Assembly (NCBI RefSeq): GCF_000015805.1
Contig: NC_009073.1
Location: forward strand, 1,320,001-1,352,000
Origin: Pyrobaculum calidifontis JCM 11548
GTDB lineage: Archaea > Thermoproteota > Thermoprotei > Thermoproteales > Thermoproteaceae
Reading direction: 5' to 3'
Length of the DNA: 32,000 nt
Under the pieces are notes generated by a model that saw only the letters and a program-made list of their open reading frames with translations, did not search any database and had not been told where the DNA came from. The translations under genes were made by a program, and so were the position numbers. Every line of letters begins with the position of its first letter. Position 1 is the first letter of the stretch. Of this stretch, positions 23,418 to 30,447 are shown one piece after another.

Positions 23418-24181
23418 TATCCCCTCAGCTTCGTCAGTATATATCCGTAGAGCCTAGTGGGGGCGCTCCAGAGGGTGGGCATGGCCAAGAAGGAGAATGG
23501 GTGCACCATTTTTCCAAAGGGCACGTAGGCTATGAAGAGCATGGCCAACGCCGCGTGAACCTTAGTGACCACGTCCGCCTCGGCCATCTTCTCAACGCCA
23601 GCCACGGGATTCCCCAAGAGGACGTTCTGCAACCACGGAGACACAGTCTCCATGTAGTTGGGGTGCAAGACGAGGGTCTGCACATTGCCAAGGCCCACAA
23701 TTGCGAGGAGGAGGACTAGGGCAAACCAGTCGTCTAGAAAGCTCAGCTTCCGCACGTCTGGCCTAACGAGCCTCCGCACGAGGAGGAGGACCAGCCCTAT
23801 GAACGCCGCAATGCCCGCCGCCCCGCCCACATACAGGGCTATGGCCTTGTGCACCTCCTTCGGCATCCCGAAGTTCTCCGGGGGGACGATCATGGAGAGG
23901 TGGCCGAGGAGCGCGATCCAGATGCCCCAGTGGAATAGGAAAGACCCCACCTGCAAGAGGCGGTCGGACATGCCGAGGTTGTAGAGCACGAAGATCCTCT
24001 TGAGCACCTCGCCGAGCCTGTCGCCGAAGCCCCACTTGTAGCCCAGCACCTGTACTGAGTAGAGGCCCGTGAGGTCCGGCGCCCTGAGCCACCCGGCGAA
24101 TTTGTACAAAACCCCAGCTATGAACAGCGCCAGAGATATGTAAGGCGCTACGCCAAATACAAATAAATCAAGTGGAGACAT
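23417..24181 (-). CDS. dsrM: DsrM/HmeC-like membrane di-heme cytochrome b (NarI family)
   Basis: 254 aa, about 5 TMs. Helix II H-x9-H (HWGIWIALLGH) and helix V H-x17-H (HAALAMLFIAYVPFGKMVH) reproduce the NarI heme-ligand spacings. Confidence 0.8.
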   Translation of the reverse strand: MSPLDLFVFGVAPYISLALFIAGVLYKFAGWLRAPDLTGLYSVQVLGYKWGFGDRLGEVLKRIFVLYNLGMSDRLLQVGSFLFHWGIWIALLGHLSMIVPPENFGMPKEVHKAIALYVGGAAGIAAFIGLVLLLVRRLVRPDVRKLSFLDDWFALVLLLAIVGLGNVQTLVLHPNYMETVSPWLQNVLLGNPVAGVEKMAEADVVTKVHAALAMLFIAYVPFGKMVHPFSFLAMPTLWSAPTRLYGYILTKLRG

Positions 24182-24200
24182 AGGAAGATTGGGAGTGGGG

Positions 24201-24220
24201 CTTATAATCTGTTATTCCAC
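24201..24220 (-). promoter_or_regulatory. dsrM-like promoter: GTGGAATAA element + TATA
   Basis: The minus strand reads GTGGAATAA-CAG-ATTATAAG. The first base of the element lies 39 nt from ATG 24181. Confidence 0.6.
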
Positions 24221-24228
24221 ATTCACGG

Positions 24229-24666
24229 TTAATACCTCTTCTCCATGCACTTGCCCAGCTGCTTTAAGAGAGAGACGAGGTAGCCCAAGCCTCTCTGCAC
24301 GTCTGGGTCCCTAAGCGCCGCCAGTAGGCCCATTAGGCCAATTGGCTTTTCCACCTCCGCAACGGCCACGGCGGTGGTTAAGCAGTCCAGCTTTGAAGTA
24401 TCTTGCGACATGTTGACCGCGGCGGTTAGGGCCACCTCCTGCAACTTGGCGACCTTCTCTATGAAGCCCGGCGTGAGCAGGCCCTCGGTTATAAAGCGTA
24501 ACGTAGTGGCCAACTGGAGCAAGTCGTCCAACACGCCGCTCCTCTTGAACTCCCACAGCGTCCTCACCAAGTCGCGGAGGACGTCTATCCGCTCGACGAT
24601 CTCTGCGAGAGCCTCCTGCGTCTTAGGAGACTCCAACGCCTTTAAGAGCCTCTCCTCGGTACTCAT
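24229..24666 (-). CDS. DUF1641-family protein
   Basis: 145 aa from ATG 24666, which overlaps the sqr-like stop (ATGA at 24663-24666). The C-terminal PIGLMGLLAALRDPDVQRGLGYLVSLLKQLG matches the DUF1641 hallmark. That family is commonly encoded next to FAD-dependent SQR/NDH-2-like oxidoreductases. Confidence 0.65.
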   Translation of the reverse strand: MSTEERLLKALESPKTQEALAEIVERIDVLRDLVRTLWEFKRSGVLDDLLQLATTLRFITEGLLTPGFIEKVAKLQEVALTAAVNMSQDTSKLDCLTTAVAVAEVEKPIGLMGLLAALRDPDVQRGLGYLVSLLKQLGKCMEKRY

Positions 24667-25799
24667 AGCCCACACCTAACCGCGCTCCATATGGAGAAAT
24701 TAGTCAAATCTTTTAGCCTCATCATGAACTTATTGCTTGGCACGGGGTAGAGGGCGGGGCCGTCGTAGTTCCAGCTCACCTGCGTAGCCTCCTCTGTCCC
24801 CGTCAAAATGAAGCATATGACCCTGCCGTTGTATACAGAGTCTGCGTGGCCGAACTCCATATCCTCATATATCCTGTCAGCCACAACCTCGGACTGGAAG
24901 TGCGCCACGCTGCCAGCCTTAGGCACGGCCAAATTGGTGGTATCGCCTATCGCGTACTCCACTCCGTTGCCCCCGGCGATCTGGAGAGTGTACTTATCCA
25001 CGGGGACCCAGCCCCCCTGGTCCACCAGTCCCGAGTTAAAGGCCACCTCTGCCGCGGTGTGCTTAGGCACCACGATAATTAAGTCGCCCTTCAACGTCTC
25101 GGGGCCCACCACCTCCCCCTCCCTCACCTCCTTTACCTCGAACTTGGTCCTATACTCAATCCCCCTATTCCTAAACTCCTCCTCCAAGAACTTGTTCACA
25201 TTGGGCTGCGCATGCAGGTGCGGCGCCACCGTGGTAAACACTATTTTGACGTCCTTCTTCCGCCCAGTCTTCATCAACACGTCGTCGAAGTAGAAGAGGA
25301 ACTCGTAGGGGGCAACGGGGCACTTAAAAGGCGTCGAGGCAACGGAGAATACCAAGGTCCCCTTAGCAAATTTAGAGAGGGCTTCCCTCAGCGCCTTGGC
25401 CCCCTCGTAAGTCCAGAAAGTGTGCCACACCTTTTTAAACCCGGGAAAGTGGTCCGTCTTAACCACCGCGCCCGTGGCCAAGACGAGGTAGTCGTACTGA
25501 ATCTCAGACCCATCCCCCAGAACCACCTTGCGGTTTTTCACGTCTATTTTGGTGGCCGGCTTTTTCACCAAGTTCACAAGTGGGTGTAGCACCTTCCGCA
25601 CGGGCCTAAACATCACTTCGCTGGGCAACTCCTTAAACGGGACGTATAGGAACCCGGGCTGGTAGACCACGTTCTCCTCCGGCTCTACAACTACGACCTC
25701 CAGCTCCCCCTTCTTCACCTTTGCAAACGCCTTAGTTGCCAACTTATTCGCAGTAAACGCGCCGCCGACTCCCCCTCCCACTATTACCACCCTCCGCAT
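24663..25799 (-). CDS. sulfide:quinone oxidoreductase-like FAD-dependent disulfide oxidoreductase
   Basis: MRRVVIVGGGVGGAFTANKLA dinucleotide fold. Two candidate redox Cys in SQR-like contexts (TPFKCPVAPYEF and GRVICFILTG), plus an IGDTT FAD motif. ATG 25799 is preferred; the track start 25811 would lie about 6 nt from the TATA. Confidence 0.8.
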   Translation of the reverse strand: MRRVVIVGGGVGGAFTANKLATKAFAKVKKGELEVVVVEPEENVVYQPGFLYVPFKELPSEVMFRPVRKVLHPLVNLVKKPATKIDVKNRKVVLGDGSEIQYDYLVLATGAVVKTDHFPGFKKVWHTFWTYEGAKALREALSKFAKGTLVFSVASTPFKCPVAPYEFLFYFDDVLMKTGRKKDVKIVFTTVAPHLHAQPNVNKFLEEEFRNRGIEYRTKFEVKEVREGEVVGPETLKGDLIIVVPKHTAAEVAFNSGLVDQGGWVPVDKYTLQIAGGNGVEYAIGDTTNLAVPKAGSVAHFQSEVVADRIYEDMEFGHADSVYNGRVICFILTGTEEATQVSWNYDGPALYPVPSNKFMMRLKDLTNFSIWSAVRCGL

Positions 25800-25816
25800 G
25801 CCAGCACGCAATGAGA

Positions 25817-25837
25817 AATTTATACAACTTATTCCCT
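25817..25837 (-). promoter_or_regulatory. sqr-like promoter: AGGGAATAA element + TATA
   Basis: The minus strand reads AGGGAATAA-GTTG-TATAAATT. The first base of the element lies 38 nt from ATG 25799. Confidence 0.5.
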
Positions 25838-25883
25838 AGTCGCTGTATAATAAGGCAAAAGTTTATTCGAAAGCAATTTTGAA

Positions 25884-25906
25884 CAAAATTAAAATTAAAA
25901 TATATT
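25884..25906 (-). terminator. T-tract terminator region after the dsrK-like gene
   Basis: The minus strand immediately downstream of the TAA (25917-25919) reads ATATTTTAATTTTAATTTTGTTC. Archaeal termination typically occurs at oligo-T runs. Confidence 0.4.
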
Positions 25907-25916
25907 TCAGGGAGCT

Positions 25917-27401
25917 TTAAACGACTATGGCCTTGTATACCAGGTCCATTAGCCCGGAGTAGGTTATGTTTTTGCCGTACTCCTTGTTTAAGTGGGGGAT
26001 TGTGTGGCTCAGCTGGGCTTTGCATATGGCGCAGGCCCTGACCACGTGGTTTGCGTTGACCTTCAAGGCGTCTTCGTACCAGTTCTTGGCGTATTGAATC
26101 CTCAGCGGCAGAAGCTCGTCGGTCAGCAGGCCCCCTCCGCCGCCGCAGCACCACGTCTTCTCTCTGTTGTTGGGGCTCTCCACGTAGTTCTTAACCACGT
26201 GCCGAATTATGAAGCGTGGCTCCTCCGTCAAGTCGCCGCCGCGGGCGTAGTTGCAGGAGTCTTGGAAGGTGTAGACGACGTCGCCGTTGCGGGAGGGGTC
26301 CAGCTTCAGTTTGCCGTTTTTAATGGCGTCTACCACTAGGTGGAAGACGTGCATAGTCTTTATGCCGTGTTTCTCCAGCTCTGGCCCAGTGTAGTTCTTA
26401 AAGGCGCGCCACCCGTGGCCGCACTCCCCCGCAATTACGTACTTCACCTTGAGCCTGAGCGCGGCGTTGACGGCCTTCTGGCCTATGAACTTCATGTGGC
26501 GCTCTGAGGCAAATAGGCCGAAGTTTGCCAGCTCCGCCATCTCTGTGCTAAAGGCGTACTTAATCCCCATTAGGTGGAGGAAGAGCATGTACCCCTTGAG
26601 AGTCTCCATGTTTGTAAAGAAGTCGGCCGAGGGCGGAATGAGCAAGGCCTCCGGCCAATCGGGGTCGCCGGGCTGGACCTCCTTGACCGGCTGATCCGCC
26701 TTGTACTTAACCAGCTTGTTCTGGTCGTCGCGGTATATGAAGTACTCCACCTCGACGCCCTTCTCCTCCTTGATCTCCCCCGCGGCAAAGGTTATGGACT
26801 TTATAACCGCCATAGGCTTCATGCCCAAGTTTGTGCCCGTGCGCTCCACCGCGTCAATGACTGTGGCAATGTACTTCGAGATTATGCCGGCCTCGTACAT
26901 GACCTCTCTAACAAGCCTAGTGATGTCCGCCTGATCTATGCCGAAGGGGCAGGAGTAGGCGCACTTTCTACACTCCAGGCACTGGTAGTAGTACGTGTAT
27001 ATCTTCTCCAACTGCTCCTCCGTGAGCTTCACCGCCCCCACGGCTTTGCCGAACAGCTTCCCGCTCAGGGACTCGGCCTTAATTACAGACCTAATGAGCT
27101 CCGCCCTGCCCACGGGGGAGTTGAAGATGTCCTTAGTCTGGACATATGTGGGGCAGTTGTCTAGGCATATGCCGCAGTGGACGCACACCTCCATGGCCAT
27201 TTTCACGTTCCGGTTCCGTGAAACCTCCTCCCTCAGCCGCCGCCGTATGTGCTCCAGGGGGTCCTTAGGAAGCTCAAGACCCACCCTGGAGTGAAGAACC
27301 TTGACCTGGTCCTCCTTGGCTTTAAAAGGCTTGATGTTGGAGGTATCCCCCATCTTAAACGCCGCGGCTCCATGTTGGGCCGCCTCATGCGCCACAGCCA
27401 T
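25917..27401 (-). CDS. dsrK: DsrK/HmeD/HdrD-like iron-sulfur protein with CCG domains
   Basis: 494 aa. Two ferredoxin-type motifs (CVHCGICLDNCP, CLECRKCAYSCP) followed by Cys-rich CCG-type regions, including the terminal WCCGGGGG. This is the HdrD/DsrK architecture. Confidence 0.85.
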   Translation of the reverse strand: MAVAHEAAQHGAAAFKMGDTSNIKPFKAKEDQVKVLHSRVGLELPKDPLEHIRRRLREEVSRNRNVKMAMEVCVHCGICLDNCPTYVQTKDIFNSPVGRAELIRSVIKAESLSGKLFGKAVGAVKLTEEQLEKIYTYYYQCLECRKCAYSCPFGIDQADITRLVREVMYEAGIISKYIATVIDAVERTGTNLGMKPMAVIKSITFAAGEIKEEKGVEVEYFIYRDDQNKLVKYKADQPVKEVQPGDPDWPEALLIPPSADFFTNMETLKGYMLFLHLMGIKYAFSTEMAELANFGLFASERHMKFIGQKAVNAALRLKVKYVIAGECGHGWRAFKNYTGPELEKHGIKTMHVFHLVVDAIKNGKLKLDPSRNGDVVYTFQDSCNYARGGDLTEEPRFIIRHVVKNYVESPNNREKTWCCGGGGGLLTDELLPLRIQYAKNWYEDALKVNANHVVRACAICKAQLSHTIPHLNKEYGKNITYSGLMDLVYKAIVV

Positions 27402-27417
27402 ATCCCCAACGCCGTTT

Positions 27418-27439
27418 GTATAAATAAAGCTTATTCCAC
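27418..27439 (-). promoter_or_regulatory. dsrK-like promoter: GTGGAATAA element + TATA
   Basis: The minus strand reads GTGGAATAA-G-CTTTATTTATAC. The first base of the element lies 38 nt from ATG 27401. Confidence 0.6.
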
Positions 27440-27444
27440 AGACA

Positions 27445-27708
27445 ATGCTAACTCCCGTGCCCCATGCAGAGGAGGCCGCCTACGCCGTATCTACCTTCTC
27501 CGCCTTCAACTACACAAAGCCCCCCGAATATACCGCGTCACCGCCCTATGGCGTCGGCAATTGTCCCGTCGAGGCGCAATGTTGGGGCACAATACACGTG
27601 TACAACTTATGGCGCGGAGTTCTGCAAGCTCTGCCGCATCAGCCCAGTGGCCCCCTTAAATGGGCCAAGCCCCTAGGGCGGGGACCAGCACTTTCTCACA
27701 ATAACTAG
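27445..27708 (+). CDS. candidate small ORF (87 aa) divergent from the dsrK-like gene
   Basis: This is the only long ORF in an otherwise unassigned 270-bp gap. ATG 27445 lies 18 nt from the central TATAAATA of a 43-bp spacer, mirroring the aprB arrangement. The composition is Pro-rich and poor in charged residues (atypical), and no family was recognised. Confidence 0.25.
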   Translation: MLTPVPHAEEAAYAVSTFSAFNYTKPPEYTASPPYGVGNCPVEAQCWGTIHVYNLWRGVLQALPHQPSGPLKWAKPLGRGPALSHNN

Positions 27709-28320
27709 GAGGGGCTTCTCAACCTTCTCCACCTTCTCCAGTGGGAGGCAGGTCCCTCCCAGGGAGATTCTGCTACACACGTAGACCTCCACGGCTTTGC
27801 CGCACACCTTTTTCACAAGCTCGGCCACTTGGGAGAGTCTGTCGCCCATCATAAATATGACGTACACGTCGGCTCTCACGCTCTTGAGAACCTCCTCGTC
27901 GACGTGGGGGTAGGAGAGGAGGGCCACGTGGCGGAGGGCGACGCCGTCGGTTAGCTCCACTCCGCCTAGGGCTGAGGCGGCGGTGAAGCTGGACACGCCT
28001 GGGACAATCTCGCACGGCACGCCCGCGGCGCGGGCCATGCGGCAGATCTGATGCGCCCTCCCAAACACCGTGGGGTCGCCGTTCTTCAACAACACCACGT
28101 TCTTCTCCCTGGCCACCTCAAGCAACCTAGCCACGACCTCGTCGTGGTCCTTATGCCTATGCCCAATCTTCACCCTCTCGGCCTGGGGGGCGAACTCCTC
28201 CACCACCTCCTCTGGCACCAAGTCGCCGTAGGCCACCACGTCTGCCCTCTGCAGAATTTTGACCGCCTTAAGCGTCAAGAGCTCCTTGTCCCCCGGCCCG
28301 ACGCCCACTATGTAGAGCAC
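27673..28320 (-). CDS. tetrapyrrole (corrin/porphyrin) methylase, uroporphyrinogen-III C-methyltransferase-like
   Basis: LYIVGVGPGDKELLTLKAVKILQRADVVAYGDLV is the classic N-terminus of the SUMT/precorrin methylase superfamily. 215 aa. Overlaps the dsrN 3' end by 13 nt. Confidence 0.7.
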   Translation of the reverse strand: MLYIVGVGPGDKELLTLKAVKILQRADVVAYGDLVPEEVVEEFAPQAERVKIGHRHKDHDEVVARLLEVAREKNVVLLKNGDPTVFGRAHQICRMARAAGVPCEIVPGVSSFTAASALGGVELTDGVALRHVALLSYPHVDEEVLKSVRADVYVIFMMGDRLSQVAELVKKVCGKAVEVYVCSRISLGGTCLPLEKVEKVEKPLLVIVRKCWSPP

Positions 28321-29645
28321 AACCTCTCCAACACGTTGTAGGTGTAGGGGTGTATGTGGAGGTACTGGGCGTGCATGTTGTATTTCACAATGCCGTCGAC
28401 GCCTCCGCCAATCCCCACGCCTCTCTCCAGCTTAATCGCCGGCTCCACCCTCTCCCTCAATATGAGCTTGGAGTAGTGGAACTCGTGCCCCTTCAGCTGG
28501 GCCCCCACCGGCGCTATGGGGGTCTTCCCCACTACGCGGCCCCAGGCGTACCCCTTCCCTACCGGCCTCTTAAGCACAACAGCCACGCCGTCTACCACGT
28601 CCACCATCTCGTACTCGCCCCCCTCGTACACCACCGAAGAGGCCATGTACATGAGGCCGCCGCACTCGGCGTACACCCTCCCCCCAGACTCCACGAAGCG
28701 CCTCAGCGAGGCCCTAAACGGCTTGTTCCTCTCCAGCTCCTCTGCCAAAACCTCTGGGAACCCCCCTCCCACGTACAAGACGTCTACCTCGGGCACGGCC
28801 TGGTCCTCAAGAGCGTTGACGTACACCACCTCGCCGAGGGCCGAGGCGTATTCAAACACCTCGGGGTAGTAGAAGTTGAAAGCCCTGTCAAACACCACCC
28901 CGATTCTACAGCCGAGCCTCCGGGGCTGCGGGGGGTCCACCACCTCTACGTCAAGATCCCCGGCCTCCCTTGCCACCTCTAACACCTCGTCGAAGTCTAT
29001 GTAGGGGAGGACGTGGCGCTCCAACACGTGGAAGAGCCCCCCATCCCCCCTCTCGGCCACTGGGACTAGGCCCAGGTGCCTATACGCGAAAAACTGGGCA
29101 ATTTTCTCGCTCCTCGGGATAGCCCCCAACAGCCTCACCCCCTCCTCGGGGATAGACTTGGCCAACTTCTCCACTTGGCGGCCCACCACGTTGGTCAAAA
29201 TAACCCCTGCGATGTTCACGCCGGGGTCAAAGGCCTTGAGCCCCCTCACCACGGCCCGCAACGTCCTATTCACCCTCTCCCCGTTCAACACCAGCACTAC
29301 GGGGGCCTTGAGCAACTTAGCCACCTGCGCGGTGGACCCCAGCTCGGAGACCCCGTCCACTGAGTCGTATAGCCCCAAGACGCCCTCTACCACGGCAACG
29401 TCAAAGCCGGCTGAGTATTTTACAAACCTCTCCAAGACCCCCCTCTCCCCCATTAACACCACGTCGAGATTTCTGCTGGCGGCCCCAGCCGCCGCGCCGT
29501 GGTACGAGGGGTCTATAAAGTCGGGGCCGACCTTGAAGGGCGCCACCCTCAGCCCCCTGCGGCGGAGGCCATACATCAAGCCCAGCGCCGCTATGGTCTT
29601 CCCAGAGATGCCCTTAAAAGAGGAGACGACGAGGCGGGGTACCAC
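28308..29645 (-). CDS. dsrN: cobyrinic acid a,c-diamide synthase homologue (DsrN-type siroheme amidase candidate)
   Basis: 445 aa. N-terminal ATP-binding SFKGISGKT ... FKVGPDFIDP and C-terminal glutamine amidotransferase Cys (YAECGGLMY), the CbiA/CobB architecture. It begins 15 nt after dsrC, the usual DsrN context. Confidence 0.8.
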   Translation of the reverse strand: MVPRLVVSSFKGISGKTIAALGLMYGLRRRGLRVAPFKVGPDFIDPSYHGAAAGAASRNLDVVLMGERGVLERFVKYSAGFDVAVVEGVLGLYDSVDGVSELGSTAQVAKLLKAPVVLVLNGERVNRTLRAVVRGLKAFDPGVNIAGVILTNVVGRQVEKLAKSIPEEGVRLLGAIPRSEKIAQFFAYRHLGLVPVAERGDGGLFHVLERHVLPYIDFDEVLEVAREAGDLDVEVVDPPQPRRLGCRIGVVFDRAFNFYYPEVFEYASALGEVVYVNALEDQAVPEVDVLYVGGGFPEVLAEELERNKPFRASLRRFVESGGRVYAECGGLMYMASSVVYEGGEYEMVDVVDGVAVVLKRPVGKGYAWGRVVGKTPIAPVGAQLKGHEFHYSKLILRERVEPAIKLERGVGIGGGVDGIVKYNMHAQYLHIHPYTYNVLERLCST

Positions 29646-29660
29646 GGGGAAAAAGGGGGT

Positions 29661-29996
29661 TTATACGCAGCCCGTGGGCTTAGGCGCCCCGGCCACTTTA
29701 CACGCGCCGTGCGCTGGCCCAGAGGGGAACAGCTGGTAGATCTGCTCAAGGGTGAAGCCTGTCTCCTTTGTCAACATCTTAATCGGCGGGCAAGAGCCGT
29801 ATGTCTCCCAGTACTCCCTGAGATACCTAATTACCTTCCAGTGGGCGTCTGTCAGCTGCTGTATTCCCTCAAGCTCCCTGGCCATCCACTCGGCTATTTT
29901 CTCATCCCAGTCCTCTGTGTTCTGCAAGAAGCAGTCCTCGTCGAGGATCACCTTTTTACCATCCACTGTGTACTCTCCTGGACATTTAACCGGCAT
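29661..29996 (-). CDS. dsrC: DsrC (TusE/DsrC/DsvC family) with both C-terminal-arm cysteines
   Basis: 111 aa. The C-terminus ...PSGPAHGACKVAGAPKPTGCV has a penultimate Cys and a second Cys 10 residues upstream, the functional DsrC signature. Confidence 0.95.
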   Translation of the reverse strand: MPVKCPGEYTVDGKKVILDEDCFLQNTEDWDEKIAEWMARELEGIQQLTDAHWKVIRYLREYWETYGSCPPIKMLTKETGFTLEQIYQLFPSGPAHGACKVAGAPKPTGCV

Positions 29997-30015
29997 AGAC
30001 CCACTTGGGCCTGTG

Positions 30016-30035
30016 CTTAAAAAGATTTATTCCAC
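30016..30035 (-). promoter_or_regulatory. dsrC operon promoter: GTGGAATAA element + TATA
   Basis: The minus strand reads GTGGAATAA-A-TCTTTTTAAG. The first base of the element lies 39 nt from ATG 29996. Confidence 0.6.
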
Positions 30036-30058
30036 TAATCTCGGAAAGACTTCCTCCA

Positions 30059-30077
30059 GTGGAATAAGGTATATATA
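30059..30077 (+). promoter_or_regulatory. dsrE-like promoter: GTGGAATAA element + TATA
   Basis: The plus strand reads GTGGAATAA-GG-TATATATA. The first base of the element lies 38 nt from ATG 30097. Confidence 0.6.
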
Positions 30078-30096
30078 CATGCCCCAAGTCGCCCAC

Positions 30097-30447
30097 ATGC
30101 CGGATAAAGTGGCCTTCTTAGCCACAATGCCGCCTGCAGATGGGCCTAGAATTTCTACAATGCTCGGCTACGCCTTGGCAGCCGCCTCTATGGGATTCGA
30201 GGTGTTGATTTTCTACACCTTGGACGCAGCCCACATAGTAAAAAAGAAAGTCTTTGAAAAACTAGACCCGCAGATTAGGGAGAGGTTTAAGCAGTGCATG
30301 GACATGGGGTGTAAGATGTGGCTGTGCTCCTCGGCCGCGGCCACCTTCAACATAAAAGAGGACGAGGTAGTGGAGGGAGTCAAGATAATGGGCATAGCGA
30401 GCTTCTACGAATACGCGGCTGAGGCCAAGGTTGTGCTCACTTGGTGA
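30097..30447 (+). CDS. DsrE/DsrF-like sulfur-relay family protein
   Basis: 116 aa from ATG 30097 (alternative ATG 30079 abuts the TATA). KVAFLAT ... FEVLIFYTLDA ... MWLCSSAAATFNI ... IMGIASFYEY follows the DsrE/F fold pattern. Three Cys in KQCMDMGCKMWLC. The track start 29752 lies antisense inside dsrC. Confidence 0.65.
   Translation: MPDKVAFLATMPPADGPRISTMLGYALAAASMGFEVLIFYTLDAAHIVKKKVFEKLDPQIRERFKQCMDMGCKMWLCSSAAATFNIKEDEVVEGVKIMGIASFYEYAAEAKVVLTW

Noticed and set aside
25884-25906. AAAATT-AAAATT-AAAATA tandem in the AT-rich dsrK-like/sqr-like spacer as a microsatellite or repeat element
   Set aside because: There are only three imperfect units. Read on the coding (minus) strand they are oligo-T runs directly after a stop codon, so they are best explained as a terminator next to the sqr-like promoter.
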